A stretch of DNA of 37,745 nt, taken from the IMG/VR virus record IMGVR_UViG_2541047874_000005. The stretch is one strand, 5' to 3'. Each line of letters begins with the position of its first letter. The first letter of the stretch is position 1. This document shows positions 9,259 to 18,820 of this stretch, one piece after another. The notes beneath the pieces were generated by a model that saw nothing but the letters and a program-made list of their open reading frames with translations, was not told where the DNA came from and ran no database searches. A program made the translations under genes and the position numbers. The stretch is from a virus. Its lineage: Duplodnaviria > Heunggongvirae > Uroviricota > Caudoviricetes.

Positions 9259-11091
9259 CTACCTGAACCGCGTATAGCCAACATCATGGCTGACATCAAA
9301 ACCGCTGGATCGCGTTTCCATAACTCGCATACCCGGAGGCGAATTCACAAAAGATACCTTGATCTCACCATCAACTTTTGGCACAGAAGCTTTGTTAATC
9401 ATGAAGGGATTCGGGCCTGTGGCATCGGAGGCGTTGTTTGCCTGAGCCGGATCCACCGCCGGATAAGGAGTGTATCCCCGTGGCGGTATTCCCGTCCCAT
9501 AAGCATCATAAGCACCCGCGCCCCACTGCGCCGAGTTAATGGCATCGACCGTGTCACCGGAACTGTCGGTAAACCATTCAATAATCGGCGTCAGCTTATC
9601 CCACATATCCTGAAACCACTTAACAACCGGTCCCCAGTTATTGACCACCATCCCCAGCGGCGACCAGGCAAAAACCTTCTTCAGAAGTTCCCAGCCTGCC
9701 TCAAAATAAGGACCAATGGTTTCCCAGAGCTTCTTGAAATAAGGTCCGACAACATCCCAGTTAGTGATAATTAATCCCGCAGCCAGAGCAATCGCCGTCG
9801 CAATCATGCCAATCGGCGTCATCGACATAATCCTGCTGACAATACTGATGGCACTGCCCACGCCCATCAATCCCAGTTTCAGAATCGCAAGACCGGCAGC
9901 AAGCCCGACGACGCCGCGAATAACCCGGGGATTTTCATCCGCAAAATTCGTGAATTTCTCCCCCAACTCCCCCAGCCATTGTGTGATATTTTTAGCGTCA
10001 CCAGAAAATGCGCCGCCAATAGCCGCAAGGCCGTTAGTTGCGGTCCCTGTCATTGCCTCCCACAGGTTGGACAGCGTACCAAGCTGTGCCTGAACACGCT
10101 TATTCAGGCTGGCCTGTTTATTCATCTTCTGCTGGATCTGATCGTAGCCATCCTTTCCTTTATCGATTAATGCATTGACCACCTGAAGGGTTTCGGCATC
10201 ATCACCAAATATTGCCTTAAGTACACCTGTTCGCTTAACGTCGGTCAGTTTTCGCAGCTTTGCCAGTTGCCTGAACATGTTATCAAGACCGCCAAAACTT
10301 CCTTTGCCGTCAGTAAAATCGAGCTGTACCCCGAGTTTCTGACGGGCCATGACTTTATTGACGTCCCTGATTTTCTTAACGCTTAATCCGGACTGAATAA
10401 CTTTTCGCAGGGCATTACCTGCCGACTCCCCATTCATCCCCATCTGATCCATCATGACGCTGATGGGAGCAAGGCTCTGTGCAGCCTGAAGACCGTCCTT
10501 ATTCACCATCTTCAGAACAGAACTGGTTTTAGTGAAGAAGGACAACATGTTTGTATCGTCAACGCCCAGATAAAACGCCTTCTGGATAGTATCGAACAGC
10601 CCCATCATGTCTTCTGACGCCGTTCCGGTAGCATCCTGCATCTTTGCAGCAAACTCAGCGGCCGCTTCTGGTGTTTTTTTCAGTTGTACCGCAAGATAAG
10701 CTGTCGCTTTACCCACACCGCCCAGAATGTTTTCTGCCGGGATCCCCTGACGCACCAGCATCTGCATCATGTTCTGGAAATCAGCCGTTGTACCGGGTAG
10801 CTGGTTACCCAGGCCAATAGCCAGTTTATTGATGTCCTGAAAGCTCTTTCCAACCTCGCCGTTCGCATCCATCATGGCGACTTTCAGCCCGGTGGCGGCG
10901 TTTTCCTGATCGGCATAAGATTTCAGGGAAAGCGTCAGACCCGCTGCCAGTCCGCCACCAAGCGCCATCCCACCCTGTGACGCTTCTTCCGCCAGGCGTT
11001 TAAATCCCCGGATTTTCTTTTGCATTTTCGACAGCGCGGGAGAAAGCCTGTCGACACCGGTGATCAACGCCTTAAGCTCAAATTCAGCCAT
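9259..11091 (-). CDS. Tail tape measure protein
   Basis: 610 aa; Ala/Gly-rich, hydrophobic internal segment (VVGLAAGLAILKLGLMGVGSAISIV...), Trp-rich C-terminal region; follows tube and chaperone genes. Confidence 0.8.
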   Translation of the reverse strand: MAEFELKALITGVDRLSPALSKMQKKIRGFKRLAEEASQGGMALGGGLAAGLTLSLKSYADQENAATGLKVAMMDANGEVGKSFQDINKLAIGLGNQLPGTTADFQNMMQMLVRQGIPAENILGGVGKATAYLAVQLKKTPEAAAEFAAKMQDATGTASEDMMGLFDTIQKAFYLGVDDTNMLSFFTKTSSVLKMVNKDGLQAAQSLAPISVMMDQMGMNGESAGNALRKVIQSGLSVKKIRDVNKVMARQKLGVQLDFTDGKGSFGGLDNMFRQLAKLRKLTDVKRTGVLKAIFGDDAETLQVVNALIDKGKDGYDQIQQKMNKQASLNKRVQAQLGTLSNLWEAMTGTATNGLAAIGGAFSGDAKNITQWLGELGEKFTNFADENPRVIRGVVGLAAGLAILKLGLMGVGSAISIVSRIMSMTPIGMIATAIALAAGLIITNWDVVGPYFKKLWETIGPYFEAGWELLKKVFAWSPLGMVVNNWGPVVKWFQDMWDKLTPIIEWFTDSSGDTVDAINSAQWGAGAYDAYGTGIPPRGYTPYPAVDPAQANNASDATGPNPFMINKASVPKVDGEIKVSFVNSPPGMRVMETRSSGFDVSHDVGYTRFR

Positions 11092-11266
11092 GTGTGCGTT
11101 TCTCCTGCTCTATCCTGTTTGCCTGACTGACCAGCAAGGGAATTTCACTGATCGGCATATTCAGCAATTCGAAGGGATTAATGCGCCAGTAGCTGGCGCA
11201 GTCAAAGAAGCGATCAGTGAGGTATTCAGCCGTCAGGCCTGGAGGAAAAAACCGGCCACAAGCCAC
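11084..11266 (-). CDS. Frameshift extension of tail assembly chaperone (-1 frame; gpGT / E-prime analogue)
   Basis: ORF in -1 frame overlapping the 3' end of the chaperone gene; entered via slippery heptamer T_TTT_TTC; ends at the tape-measure start. Confidence 0.6.
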   Translation of the reverse strand: MACGRFFPPGLTAEYLTDRFFDCASYWRINPFELLNMPISEIPLLVSQANRIEQEKRTHG

Positions 11267-11502
11267 GCCGCTGCATTCAGGTCTGCCGGAGACATCTGGT
11301 CGACAGAGCTTTGCGGCACTTTCGCCAGCCGCACAATGTATTTCGACACCACATGCGCCAGAAGTCTGACGGACTCATCCTGATTCATCTGGTAGGGATA
11401 CCCCAGCTCGCGGACATCCTTCCCGGTGGGTTCATCAAACTCCAGTACGGAGAGTGTCTCGCCATGAGCAATAATCGGTTTCTTTAACTCAAGCTCTTTC
11501 AT
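11233..11502 (-). CDS. Tail assembly chaperone
   Basis: 89 aa between tube and tape-measure genes; contains the slippery site near its 3' end. Confidence 0.7.
   Translation of the reverse strand: MKELELKKPIIAHGETLSVLEFDEPTGKDVRELGYPYQMNQDESVRLLAHVVSKYIVRLAKVPQSSVDQMSPADLNAAAWLVAGFFLQA
11245..11251 (-). promoter_or_regulatory. Programmed -1 ribosomal frameshift slippery site (TTTTTTC)
   Basis: Minus-strand GGT TTT TTC in the 0 frame (VAGFF); -1 frame continues FFPPGLTAEY..., exactly as in the overlapping ORF. Confidence 0.65.
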
Positions 11503-11858
11503 TACTGGTAATCCCCTTCTTCACCGTGGAACTCAAGATCAACCGTGCCTTCTTCGGCATTATGGTTCGCTTCGCCGTGCAGCCAGGCAGACGACAGTAC
11601 ATAGACCTGACCGTTCGCCAGCTCGGCAGTGATTGTCATCTCATCAGACGAGGTGATTTTGCTCACCGGAAAATTCTTCGGCACCTTGAAGGTCCCTTTG
11701 ACATAAGGCGCACGGTGAGTTTCCTTGCGGTCCACTGAACCGTCCAGGCCGATGATGTCATCATTGACCGTCCTGTTCATGGGCACCTCAATGCCGCCGG
11801 TCAGCGATAGCTGCTGACCGTCAATTTTGAAATAACAGGTTCCCCCGATACGGGCCAT
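11502..11858 (-). CDS. Tail tube protein (Mu gpM-like)
   Basis: 118 aa directly downstream of the sheath gene with overlapping stop/start. Confidence 0.7.
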   Translation of the reverse strand: MARIGGTCYFKIDGQQLSLTGGIEVPMNRTVNDDIIGLDGSVDRKETHRAPYVKGTFKVPKNFPVSKITSSDEMTITAELANGQVYVLSSAWLHGEANHNAEEGTVDLEFHGEEGDYQ

Positions 11859-13354
11859 TATGCGGACTCCTCTGAATACTGAAGACGGAACTGGTTAACC
11901 ACGGCAAAGACACGCAACTGGTTAACATAGTCAGGCGGGAACAGCGTGTTCAGGCGGTTCGGATCGCTGGCATCACGCTCCACAACCAGGTACTGTTTAA
12001 AAAGTTCGTAGTTTTCCACGATCCCCGCACGCTCAAGCTGACGGTAGGTTGCCAGCAGTTCCCCTTTGATCACCGCCGGGGTGACAATCGCCTGACCGGG
12101 ACCAAAGCGGGTACCGTCGCTGGCAAGCTTGTGACGCCCGTACTTACTGGTAATGACGGATTTCAGTTTGCGCAGCACATACGCGCTGGTATGCAGCGTC
12201 TCGCTGTCGAGGTAGCTGTTATCCGCAACCCCGTAAGCGTTTTTCCTGTACGTGGTGACATCACGCTGAATGCGCAGCACCCCGCTTTCGACATACGCCG
12301 TTGCCACGCCATGAGACAGCAGGGTCTGCTGCTCGGTCATCGTGAACCGTTTCCCCTTCGGCGCAGGCAGCATACCCACCAGCTCACCGGTCTGCGTGGG
12401 ACGTGCAGGATCGTTGCGGATAAACACCGCTGCGCGGGCGGTACGGCTTGCCGCCAGCTCGTCGGCAGGTGTCTGGGTTTCTTTTTCGTACCCCGCCAGG
12501 GTAATGTGCTGCTGGTTAAACTGGTCACCTGCGGTCACCAGTTCTGACAGCGTGCCGGTCTTTGCCGTATACACATGACCATACAGCTGACGCGCATAGC
12601 TCCAGCGACCGCTGGTATCGTTCATCTCGGTCACCAGCGTGTTAACGGAGGCAGTGTCGTTGAACGGCAGACCGATATAATCAAACGGCTCATCCGCCAT
12701 TGCAGCCACCGCGCCGGTGAGAACAGGAGCGCCCGTTCCGGCGGTCCCCGCCGCCACGGCAATCTGTACGCCCGCTGGCAGCACTTCGCCCCCACCAAAG
12801 CCGTAGTAATTGAGGCTGACAGGAATTTCATTCCCGCAAAGCCCCTTATGACGCGCGGTCAGCGTGACCACGCCTGCCGAAGATGAGGCCGTAAACGGCA
12901 GAGCCGGAACGGCATTGATGGCATCCTTGATATTGCTGGCAATCGTCGCGACGTTATCGCCGTTGGTCACCGGTGCCTGCACGCGGGTACGTCCCACATA
13001 AACATTTACCGTGCCGGTTTCGGTTGCCGCCCCGGTCACCGTCAGCGTAACCGTTGCCGCCGCGCCTGTGGCTTCCGGAACGGCAATCACATACAGCTCG
13101 CCAAACGGGTCGGTCTGGCGATAAGCCTCGACCATACGCGCCAGTTGACTTCCCGCACCACAAATCTGGCGTGCATAGTCTGCCGACGGCATCAGCACCA
13201 GACTGTTGGCAACAATCTCTGCACCGTTATTGGCGTGACCAATCAGCAACGATGCCCCGCTGTCCTGTGCAGTATTCGCCGCCGAGTTATCCATTTCCGC
13301 ATAAAACAGCGGAACCAGCGTATTCGACGGAATGGTGTTAAAGCTTATCGTCAT
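11858..13354 (-). CDS. Tail sheath protein (Mu gpL-like)
   Basis: 498 aa; N-terminus MTISFNTIPSNTLVPLFYAEMDNS typical of Mu-type sheath proteins; size and position. Confidence 0.85.
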   Translation of the reverse strand: MTISFNTIPSNTLVPLFYAEMDNSAANTAQDSGASLLIGHANNGAEIVANSLVLMPSADYARQICGAGSQLARMVEAYRQTDPFGELYVIAVPEATGAAATVTLTVTGAATETGTVNVYVGRTRVQAPVTNGDNVATIASNIKDAINAVPALPFTASSSAGVVTLTARHKGLCGNEIPVSLNYYGFGGGEVLPAGVQIAVAAGTAGTGAPVLTGAVAAMADEPFDYIGLPFNDTASVNTLVTEMNDTSGRWSYARQLYGHVYTAKTGTLSELVTAGDQFNQQHITLAGYEKETQTPADELAASRTARAAVFIRNDPARPTQTGELVGMLPAPKGKRFTMTEQQTLLSHGVATAYVESGVLRIQRDVTTYRKNAYGVADNSYLDSETLHTSAYVLRKLKSVITSKYGRHKLASDGTRFGPGQAIVTPAVIKGELLATYRQLERAGIVENYELFKQYLVVERDASDPNRLNTLFPPDYVNQLRVFAVVNQFRLQYSEESA

Positions 13355-13516
13355 CGGTGTTCACCTTTTTATTAACGCGCCGGATATCACCCGCTGCTTC
13401 ACGGCGCAGCCAGTAGTTGTTCTCGTCAACATTTCGCCCTTCGGCGGGCAAAAGGTCACCGCGGGCAGGGTCAGGCACTGACCGCCCTTTAACAGGTTTC
13501 ACAAACATGAAGATTC

Positions 13517-14077
13517 TCAGGAAGGAAGGGTTATTTCGGTGTGATGTTCGATATCGCCGTCAGGCCCGTTACCGGGATCGAGATAATCAACATCAATCGC
13601 CAGCGTTCGCAGTTCATCCAGACTGTTCAGGTCATCCTGCTGGCGGGTATCGTCTTCGGTCAGCTCGCTGATGACCGAAAAATCGAACTGATAAATCAGC
13701 TCATGACGATTCAGATCCAGCAGCGTGCCGCCGTCATAGGTAATCGGGTTACCGCACGCTTCCGGGTTCCAGCCCAGCAGGGCCTTAAAGAGCATTTGCC
13801 GGACATCGTCCACCACATCATACGAGGCAAACTGACCGCGCTCATCACGCCCGTTACTCAGTATGACAACCACGGAGAAGCCCTCTTTCAGCTCCTGCCA
13901 GTAGTCGGTCTGGCTTTTGTTTTCTCCCGGAGAATCATCACCCGGTACAACATATGCCGCCGGGAGTCTCAGCTTTCCGACCTCCGGCAGATTTTTGAAC
14001 TGTGCCGCGCCTGCCACCCGATTTTCAAAATACGGGCAGCGGGCACGCAGCGCAGCAATAACAGGCGTCAGTTTCAT
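13517..14077 (-). CDS. Mu gp37-like tail completion protein (tentative)
   Basis: 186 aa immediately upstream of the sheath gene; family assignment by position only. Confidence 0.45.
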   Translation of the reverse strand: MKLTPVIAALRARCPYFENRVAGAAQFKNLPEVGKLRLPAAYVVPGDDSPGENKSQTDYWQELKEGFSVVVILSNGRDERGQFASYDVVDDVRQMLFKALLGWNPEACGNPITYDGGTLLDLNRHELIYQFDFSVISELTEDDTRQQDDLNSLDELRTLAIDVDYLDPGNGPDGDIEHHTEITLPS

Positions 14078-14580
14078 CTGAGTCGTCGCTCCGGCTTCAG
14101 TGATTTACGTAATTCCCGCGCCAGAAAATAGCGTGTCCAGCTGCGGTTCTTTTCAAGAGTTTCCACCATAAAGTTATTACGTGGAGCCAGCCGCCAGCCG
14201 CTGCCACCGGATGCACCACGATGATGACTACGACGACGTTTTGCTCCTCCCCGGACACCAAAAAACAGAAACGCCGGATAGAAGTCACCAGAGATCATCC
14301 GGTTCCCCTTCCCGTTGCGCTGGTTAGGGGCAATGCGTGTCATAAAACCGGCTCGCTTTTTACTGGCTCTCGGCACCATGTAACCAATCGAACGAGCCAG
14401 GCGTCCGGTCTGATAACCGGGGTTTTCACCCGGTGCCGACCGCGCACGGCGCATCACCAGCCGACGGGCATCACGCATATGACGCTGCCCAATCGTGACA
14501 AACGCCCGCCGGACACGGGCGCGGTTAAAGCGCATCTCCGCGGGCTGCTGAACATCAACGTGAAAAAAGGGAGTCGCCAT
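14074..14580 (-). CDS. HK97 gp10-family tail component
   Basis: 168 aa; GENPGYQTGRLARSIGY resembles the gp10-family motif; basic C-terminus. Confidence 0.65.
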   Translation of the reverse strand: MATPFFHVDVQQPAEMRFNRARVRRAFVTIGQRHMRDARRLVMRRARSAPGENPGYQTGRLARSIGYMVPRASKKRAGFMTRIAPNQRNGKGNRMISGDFYPAFLFFGVRGGAKRRRSHHRGASGGSGWRLAPRNNFMVETLEKNRSWTRYFLARELRKSLKPERRLR

Positions 14581-14965
14581 TGCTGCCTCCGTGACTCTGC
14601 GTAAATTCGCCCAGTTCCGTACACTCCAGCAGCAGAAAGCGCCGCGCCCCGTTCAGATCGCGCTGACGTTTCACCCGGTACACACTGTCACCGCAGACCA
14701 CCTCATAATCAGCGGTGATCCCCCTGCGGTAACGAATGGTGATGTAATGGGTGATGGCGTTCCCGGTCTGCGCGGTTTCCTGCCAGGTGGTGGCACTGGT
14801 CTGGATAACCTTCGCCCATGTCCGGAACGTAACCGGATATTGAGGCTCCACGCCAAAGTTATCCGCGGGCATATCCACCCGCTGGCGGATCAGGACGCGT
14901 TTATTCAGTTCGCCGGGGTCCGGCAGAATGTAGGTTGCGCTGGTCTGCGCCTGACGAATTTTCAT
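14555..14965 (-). CDS. Head-tail joining / head closure protein
   Basis: 136 aa between the gp6-like connector and gp10-like gene; typical HK97-type order. Confidence 0.55.
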   Translation of the reverse strand: MKIRQAQTSATYILPDPGELNKRVLIRQRVDMPADNFGVEPQYPVTFRTWAKVIQTSATTWQETAQTGNAITHYITIRYRRGITADYEVVCGDSVYRVKRQRDLNGARRFLLLECTELGEFTQSHGGSNGDSLFSR

Positions 14966-15285
14966 TGCGGAAAGTACCTGTACGGGCCAACAAGCCAGCC
15001 AAAACTCTGCGGCATGTCGAGTTTCTCCACTTCCGTAACCGACGAGCGGTTTTCGTAAAAATGGCTGATAAGCATCAGCATCCCCAGACGAATATCATCC
15101 GGCAGGTGTAGCCCGTCCGGGTCGCTGTCCGGAATGGTTTCATCCGGTGCATAGAGCTTCCGGTTCAGATACGTTTCCGTCCGCTTTTGCGCCGCACAGG
15201 CCAGCATTTGCAGATGGCGGTCATCAACATCGAAATCCTCATCCAGCCGGAGTTGGGCTTTAATCTCTTCCATTGTCAGAAGCAT
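14962..15285 (-). CDS. gp6-like head-tail connector (DNA packaging) protein
   Basis: 107 aa; MLLTMEEIKAQLRLDEDFDVDD... is typical of this family; position after major capsid. Confidence 0.7.
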   Translation of the reverse strand: MLLTMEEIKAQLRLDEDFDVDDRHLQMLACAAQKRTETYLNRKLYAPDETIPDSDPDGLHLPDDIRLGMLMLISHFYENRSSVTEVEKLDMPQSFGWLVGPYRYFPQ

Positions 15286-15287
15286 AC

Positions 15288-15488
15288 TCAGCCCTCTTTA
15301 CTGGTCGTGGCTTTTTTCTCTTTTGCCGCTTTACTGCTTTTTGCACTGATTCCGCGCTCTGCTAACCCGGCCTGAAGTGCAATCTCCTGCACCCGGGCAG
15401 GAAGCGCCCCGTCGTCATACTCACCGGCCCGAATGACCTCAACACGCATACCGTCCGGTGACCATTTCAGATCTTGTTTCAGGATCAT
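15288..15488 (-). CDS. Small hypothetical protein (possible head-associated)
   Basis: 66 aa ORF between capsid and connector genes; Lys-rich C-terminus; no family recognised. Confidence 0.4.
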   Translation of the reverse strand: MILKQDLKWSPDGMRVEVIRAGEYDDGALPARVQEIALQAGLAERGISAKSSKAAKEKKATTSKEG

Positions 15489-15537
15489 GATTCTTCACCC
15501 GTCAGAACAGGGGGCGCGGTTCCGCGCCACTGAATGA

Positions 15538-16743
15538 TTACGCCGCTGCAATCTTCAGCAGTTTGATGGCCTGCGAATCGACCAGCATCCCGCCGGTGCG
15601 CTTGGTGGTATAAAAACCGACAAACGGTTTATTGGTGTACGGATCACGCAGAATGCGGGTGCCGATACGGTCAACGATGGTGTAACCCCGTTTGAAGTTA
15701 CCAAATGCAATGGCTTTCGCATCAGCGGCGATATCCGGCATCTGTTCGTTTTCAGCGATACCGTAACCCGCCAGAGAGGACGGCTGCCCCAGTTCCAGCC
15801 CCGGACGCCACAGATAGTTACCCTCGGTGTCTTTCAGCAGACGGATGGCAAACAGGCTGTTGTTGTTCATCATGAACTTCGCGCCAGTGCGGTGTGCCTT
15901 TCGCAGCGTGTAAATCAGTTTGATAATGGCGTCTGCGGTCACCGCAGTCGCGTCGCCGGATACAATATGCTGAAGTTTGCCGAACGCCCGGACCTTGTCG
16001 GTTTCATCCGTGGATTCATACACCAGGAACCCTTTCGGCTTCTTGGTACCATCGCCGGTGGTAAAGGCAATTTCTTCCTGTTCGGCAAATTCGATTGCCA
16101 GCTCGCTGTTGATCCAGGCCTCCACGTTGAAAAAGGCATCATCCAGCATTTTCTGGGTGGCCTGCGGGTTACCGTAGATTTCCCCCATGAAAGGTTCAAT
16201 CAGCCCCAGTTTTGAGGTGGCAGTCTGGGAACGCGCGTCAGTCTCGCCAACCCATCCGGAAGCCGTGCCGCCCAGATTCACCAGTTTTTTGTAGTCGGAA
16301 CCGCCAACGGTGATCACCGTGGCTTCCTGGCGCATCACCACTTCATCTTTCAGCAGGGTCAGAATGTTGCGATCCAGCGCTTCCGGCACGGCGTAGCCAC
16401 CGTCTTCATCGGTGCCCACCTGTAATGCCTTGCGCTCCAGATCGCGCAGACCATCTTCACGGCCTTTACGCAGGAAGCCCACAAACGCTTCTTTATGCTC
16501 GGTGGCCAGTTTATTTTGCGCACCACCTGCCGGACGTTTCAGCTCAAGCAGCTCTTTTTCAAGATCGCTTTTGAGGTTTTCCAGCTCGCTGAGTTTCCCG
16601 TTCAGGGTTTCCACCTGCCCGGCAAGTTTGCCTTTTTCCTGCTCAATCGCATCCACGCGCTTGTCGTTCTTTGCTTTGAAGTCGTCAAACTTCTGCTGCA
16701 GCTCCTGCGCGACCTGTTCGACATCTTTAATATCAACCGCCAT
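15538..16743 (-). CDS. Major capsid protein, HK97 family
   Basis: 401 aa; N-terminal coiled-coil delta domain then HK97-fold-length body; follows prohead protease. Confidence 0.9.
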   Translation of the reverse strand: MAVDIKDVEQVAQELQQKFDDFKAKNDKRVDAIEQEKGKLAGQVETLNGKLSELENLKSDLEKELLELKRPAGGAQNKLATEHKEAFVGFLRKGREDGLRDLERKALQVGTDEDGGYAVPEALDRNILTLLKDEVVMRQEATVITVGGSDYKKLVNLGGTASGWVGETDARSQTATSKLGLIEPFMGEIYGNPQATQKMLDDAFFNVEAWINSELAIEFAEQEEIAFTTGDGTKKPKGFLVYESTDETDKVRAFGKLQHIVSGDATAVTADAIIKLIYTLRKAHRTGAKFMMNNNSLFAIRLLKDTEGNYLWRPGLELGQPSSLAGYGIAENEQMPDIAADAKAIAFGNFKRGYTIVDRIGTRILRDPYTNKPFVGFYTTKRTGGMLVDSQAIKLLKIAAA

Positions 16744-16757
16744 CGTATTTCTCCTGA

Positions 16758-17444
16758 TTAGAAGTTCAGATTTTTCAGTGCATCCAGTGCAGAGCCCACA
16801 TCCTCAGCGTCGCGCAGGGACAGTGCGCCATAGCCCCCGGCCATGAATGCTTTGGCCTGGGTACGGGAGAGTCCGACATCACGCAGGACTCTTTCGATTT
16901 TTTTCTGTTCGGGGATTTCCCCGCGGGCCAGTGCGTTCTTGACGTCGCTGATCCGCGCCTCGTCGTTAGACGGGAACGTCACCAGGCTGACTTCCCAGAG
17001 GTCGATTTCTTTCAGCAGAAAGGCTTCTTTCGTCCGGTCGTATTCCCAGTCCTTCAGGACGTACCCAATAGAAAGGCCGGTTAACGAACCGGCCTTCATG
17101 TGTGCATGTGCGCGTTTTGCCAGGGGATCATCATCAATGAGCAACCGCCCCCTGACGTAAAGCCCGACATCGTCTTCCTTCATTTCGGTGTAAACACCGA
17201 TAGGTTCATCCATGCGGTGCTGCCAGAGCAGCGCAGGTAACGCTTTTCGGTCACTCCACGCCCGCAGGGAAGCAGCAAATGCCCCGGACATCACCACATC
17301 ATCGTGGCTGTCCTTTACACCAAAGACGGAGCCATACCCTTCAAACTCACCGGAGTCACTGACAGATTTCAGACTCAGAGGTACATCAAGACGTTGTTTC
17401 GTCTGCATTGGCGTTATCCTTCTGCTTACCGGCTTTACTGCCAT
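16758..17444 (-). CDS. Prohead maturation protease (HK97 family)
   Basis: 228 aa; position between portal and capsid; overlaps the portal 3' end. Confidence 0.85.
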   Translation of the reverse strand: MAVKPVSRRITPMQTKQRLDVPLSLKSVSDSGEFEGYGSVFGVKDSHDDVVMSGAFAASLRAWSDRKALPALLWQHRMDEPIGVYTEMKEDDVGLYVRGRLLIDDDPLAKRAHAHMKAGSLTGLSIGYVLKDWEYDRTKEAFLLKEIDLWEVSLVTFPSNDEARISDVKNALARGEIPEQKKIERVLRDVGLSRTQAKAFMAGGYGALSLRDAEDVGSALDALKNLNF

Positions 17445-18627
17445 CGGAGGGTTTCGTGGTCATGTTCATCGGTGTGAGATAGACATCACCACCGGGACGC
17501 GGATTCATATCTTCCAGGTCGCGGCAGTCATTGGGAGAGTAAATTCCCCAGTTAATCCCGGTGGCGTAGGCTTCAAAACGGGACTTCATATCCCCGCGCA
17601 GTAACGCCCCGGCGTTAAATTTGGCGTAATAAACGCCCTGCTTACTTTTTCGTACCAGTCCGGTGTTGATCCGCTGTTCGATGCGGGTCAGATACGGCAC
17701 CAGTGAATAGTTGATAAATCCGAGCCCCAGTTCTTCGATATTGTTGAAGGTGGCGCGATCGGTGTTCTGCACCATGTGCAATGGCACCCGGAACAGACGA
17801 CAGATTTCTTCAAGCTGAAACTTGCGGGTTTCCAGGAACTGGCTGTCCTCTGCGTTCAACGCCATCGACTTCCAGTCCAGCCCCATCTCAAGGATCATCG
17901 GGCGGTGAGCATTGCCAAGCCCGGTGTGACGCTCCTCAAAATCTTTCTTCAGGCGCTCATAAGCCTGATCCGACAGCGTCTGCTCTGTACGCAACACACC
18001 CGACGTCACCGCGCCATTGCTGAACAGTCTGGCCCCGTGCTCTTCGGTCGCTGCCGCCAGCGATATTGCCTCGCGGGCATAGGCGATGGGATTCAGTCCC
18101 ACCAGACCGTCCAGCGTCAGCGTGCGCACATGCCAGATATCTTCCTGGCTCAGTACATCCGTGGAGCCGTCCGGAAATGTGACCTGGTAAACCGGTTCCC
18201 AGCTACTGTTAAGCTTCGGTACCACACAACCGGGATCGACGGGCAGCAGTTCAGCCACTTCGCCAAATGCTTTCACTTTGTAGGCGTAAAAATTTCCCCT
18301 CAGACACAGACAGGTGACCACCAGCTCCCAGAACTCCTGCGGCGTCATATAGCTATTGGGATGCGTGGAAATCAGTTTATGCAGACGTTCGCCGGTGGCT
18401 CTCTGCTTCAGGCTGCCGTTCAGGTGATACAGATTGCAGGGCAACATCCCGACCGACTCTGCCAGCACTCTGACGCAGGAAAAAACCGCCGTCAGTCGCA
18501 TGGCTCGCTGACTGCTGATCTGCTTTCCGGTATAGGTGTCGTAGGACAACCCGATGGCATCCGCCAGCTCTGCTGGCGTGGTCACCGGTGCGTCACTTTT
18601 TCGTTGAAATAATCCCGAAAAGAACAC
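17386..18627 (-). CDS. Portal protein, HK97 family
   Basis: 413 aa; N-terminus MFFSGLFQRK... and size match HK97-type portals; follows TerL. Confidence 0.9.
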   Translation of the reverse strand: MFFSGLFQRKSDAPVTTPAELADAIGLSYDTYTGKQISSQRAMRLTAVFSCVRVLAESVGMLPCNLYHLNGSLKQRATGERLHKLISTHPNSYMTPQEFWELVVTCLCLRGNFYAYKVKAFGEVAELLPVDPGCVVPKLNSSWEPVYQVTFPDGSTDVLSQEDIWHVRTLTLDGLVGLNPIAYAREAISLAAATEEHGARLFSNGAVTSGVLRTEQTLSDQAYERLKKDFEERHTGLGNAHRPMILEMGLDWKSMALNAEDSQFLETRKFQLEEICRLFRVPLHMVQNTDRATFNNIEELGLGFINYSLVPYLTRIEQRINTGLVRKSKQGVYYAKFNAGALLRGDMKSRFEAYATGINWGIYSPNDCRDLEDMNPRPGGDVYLTPMNMTTKPSDGSKAGKQKDNANADETTS

Positions 18628-18809
18628 TATTTACCTCCACCAACAGACAGCTGTGTACGGTCGAGATATCGCGCCACCAGCCACGACCAGAACAGGCACA
18701 ACGCCCCGGCAACAACAAACCCCGCCGGGGGATAAATCAGCCAGGCACCATACGCCAGCAAAAGCGCCCCCAGCACGCCCACCAGAGGCGCGAGAATCAG
18801 CATGATCAT
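18627..18809 (-). CDS. Small hydrophobic membrane protein between terL and portal
   Basis: 60 aa, two predicted TM segments; GAGGT RBS 5 nt upstream of ATG; start/stop coupled to neighbours. Confidence 0.45.
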   Translation of the reverse strand: MIMLILAPLVGVLGALLLAYGAWLIYPPAGFVVAGALCLFWSWLVARYLDRTQLSVGGGK

Positions 18810-18820
18810 AATTACCTCAG

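Noticed and set aside
9286-10170. + strand ORFs of 162, 109 and 63 aa
   Set aside because: Antisense to the tape measure gene; Pro/Arg-rich shadow frames.
13541-14604. + strand ORFs of 196 and 127 aa
   Set aside because: Antisense to the gp37-like and gp10-like tail genes; shadow ORFs.
17776-18612. 278-aa + strand ORF
   Set aside because: Lies entirely antisense within the portal gene; Arg/Gln/His-rich low-complexity translation typical of a shadow ORF; no RBS.
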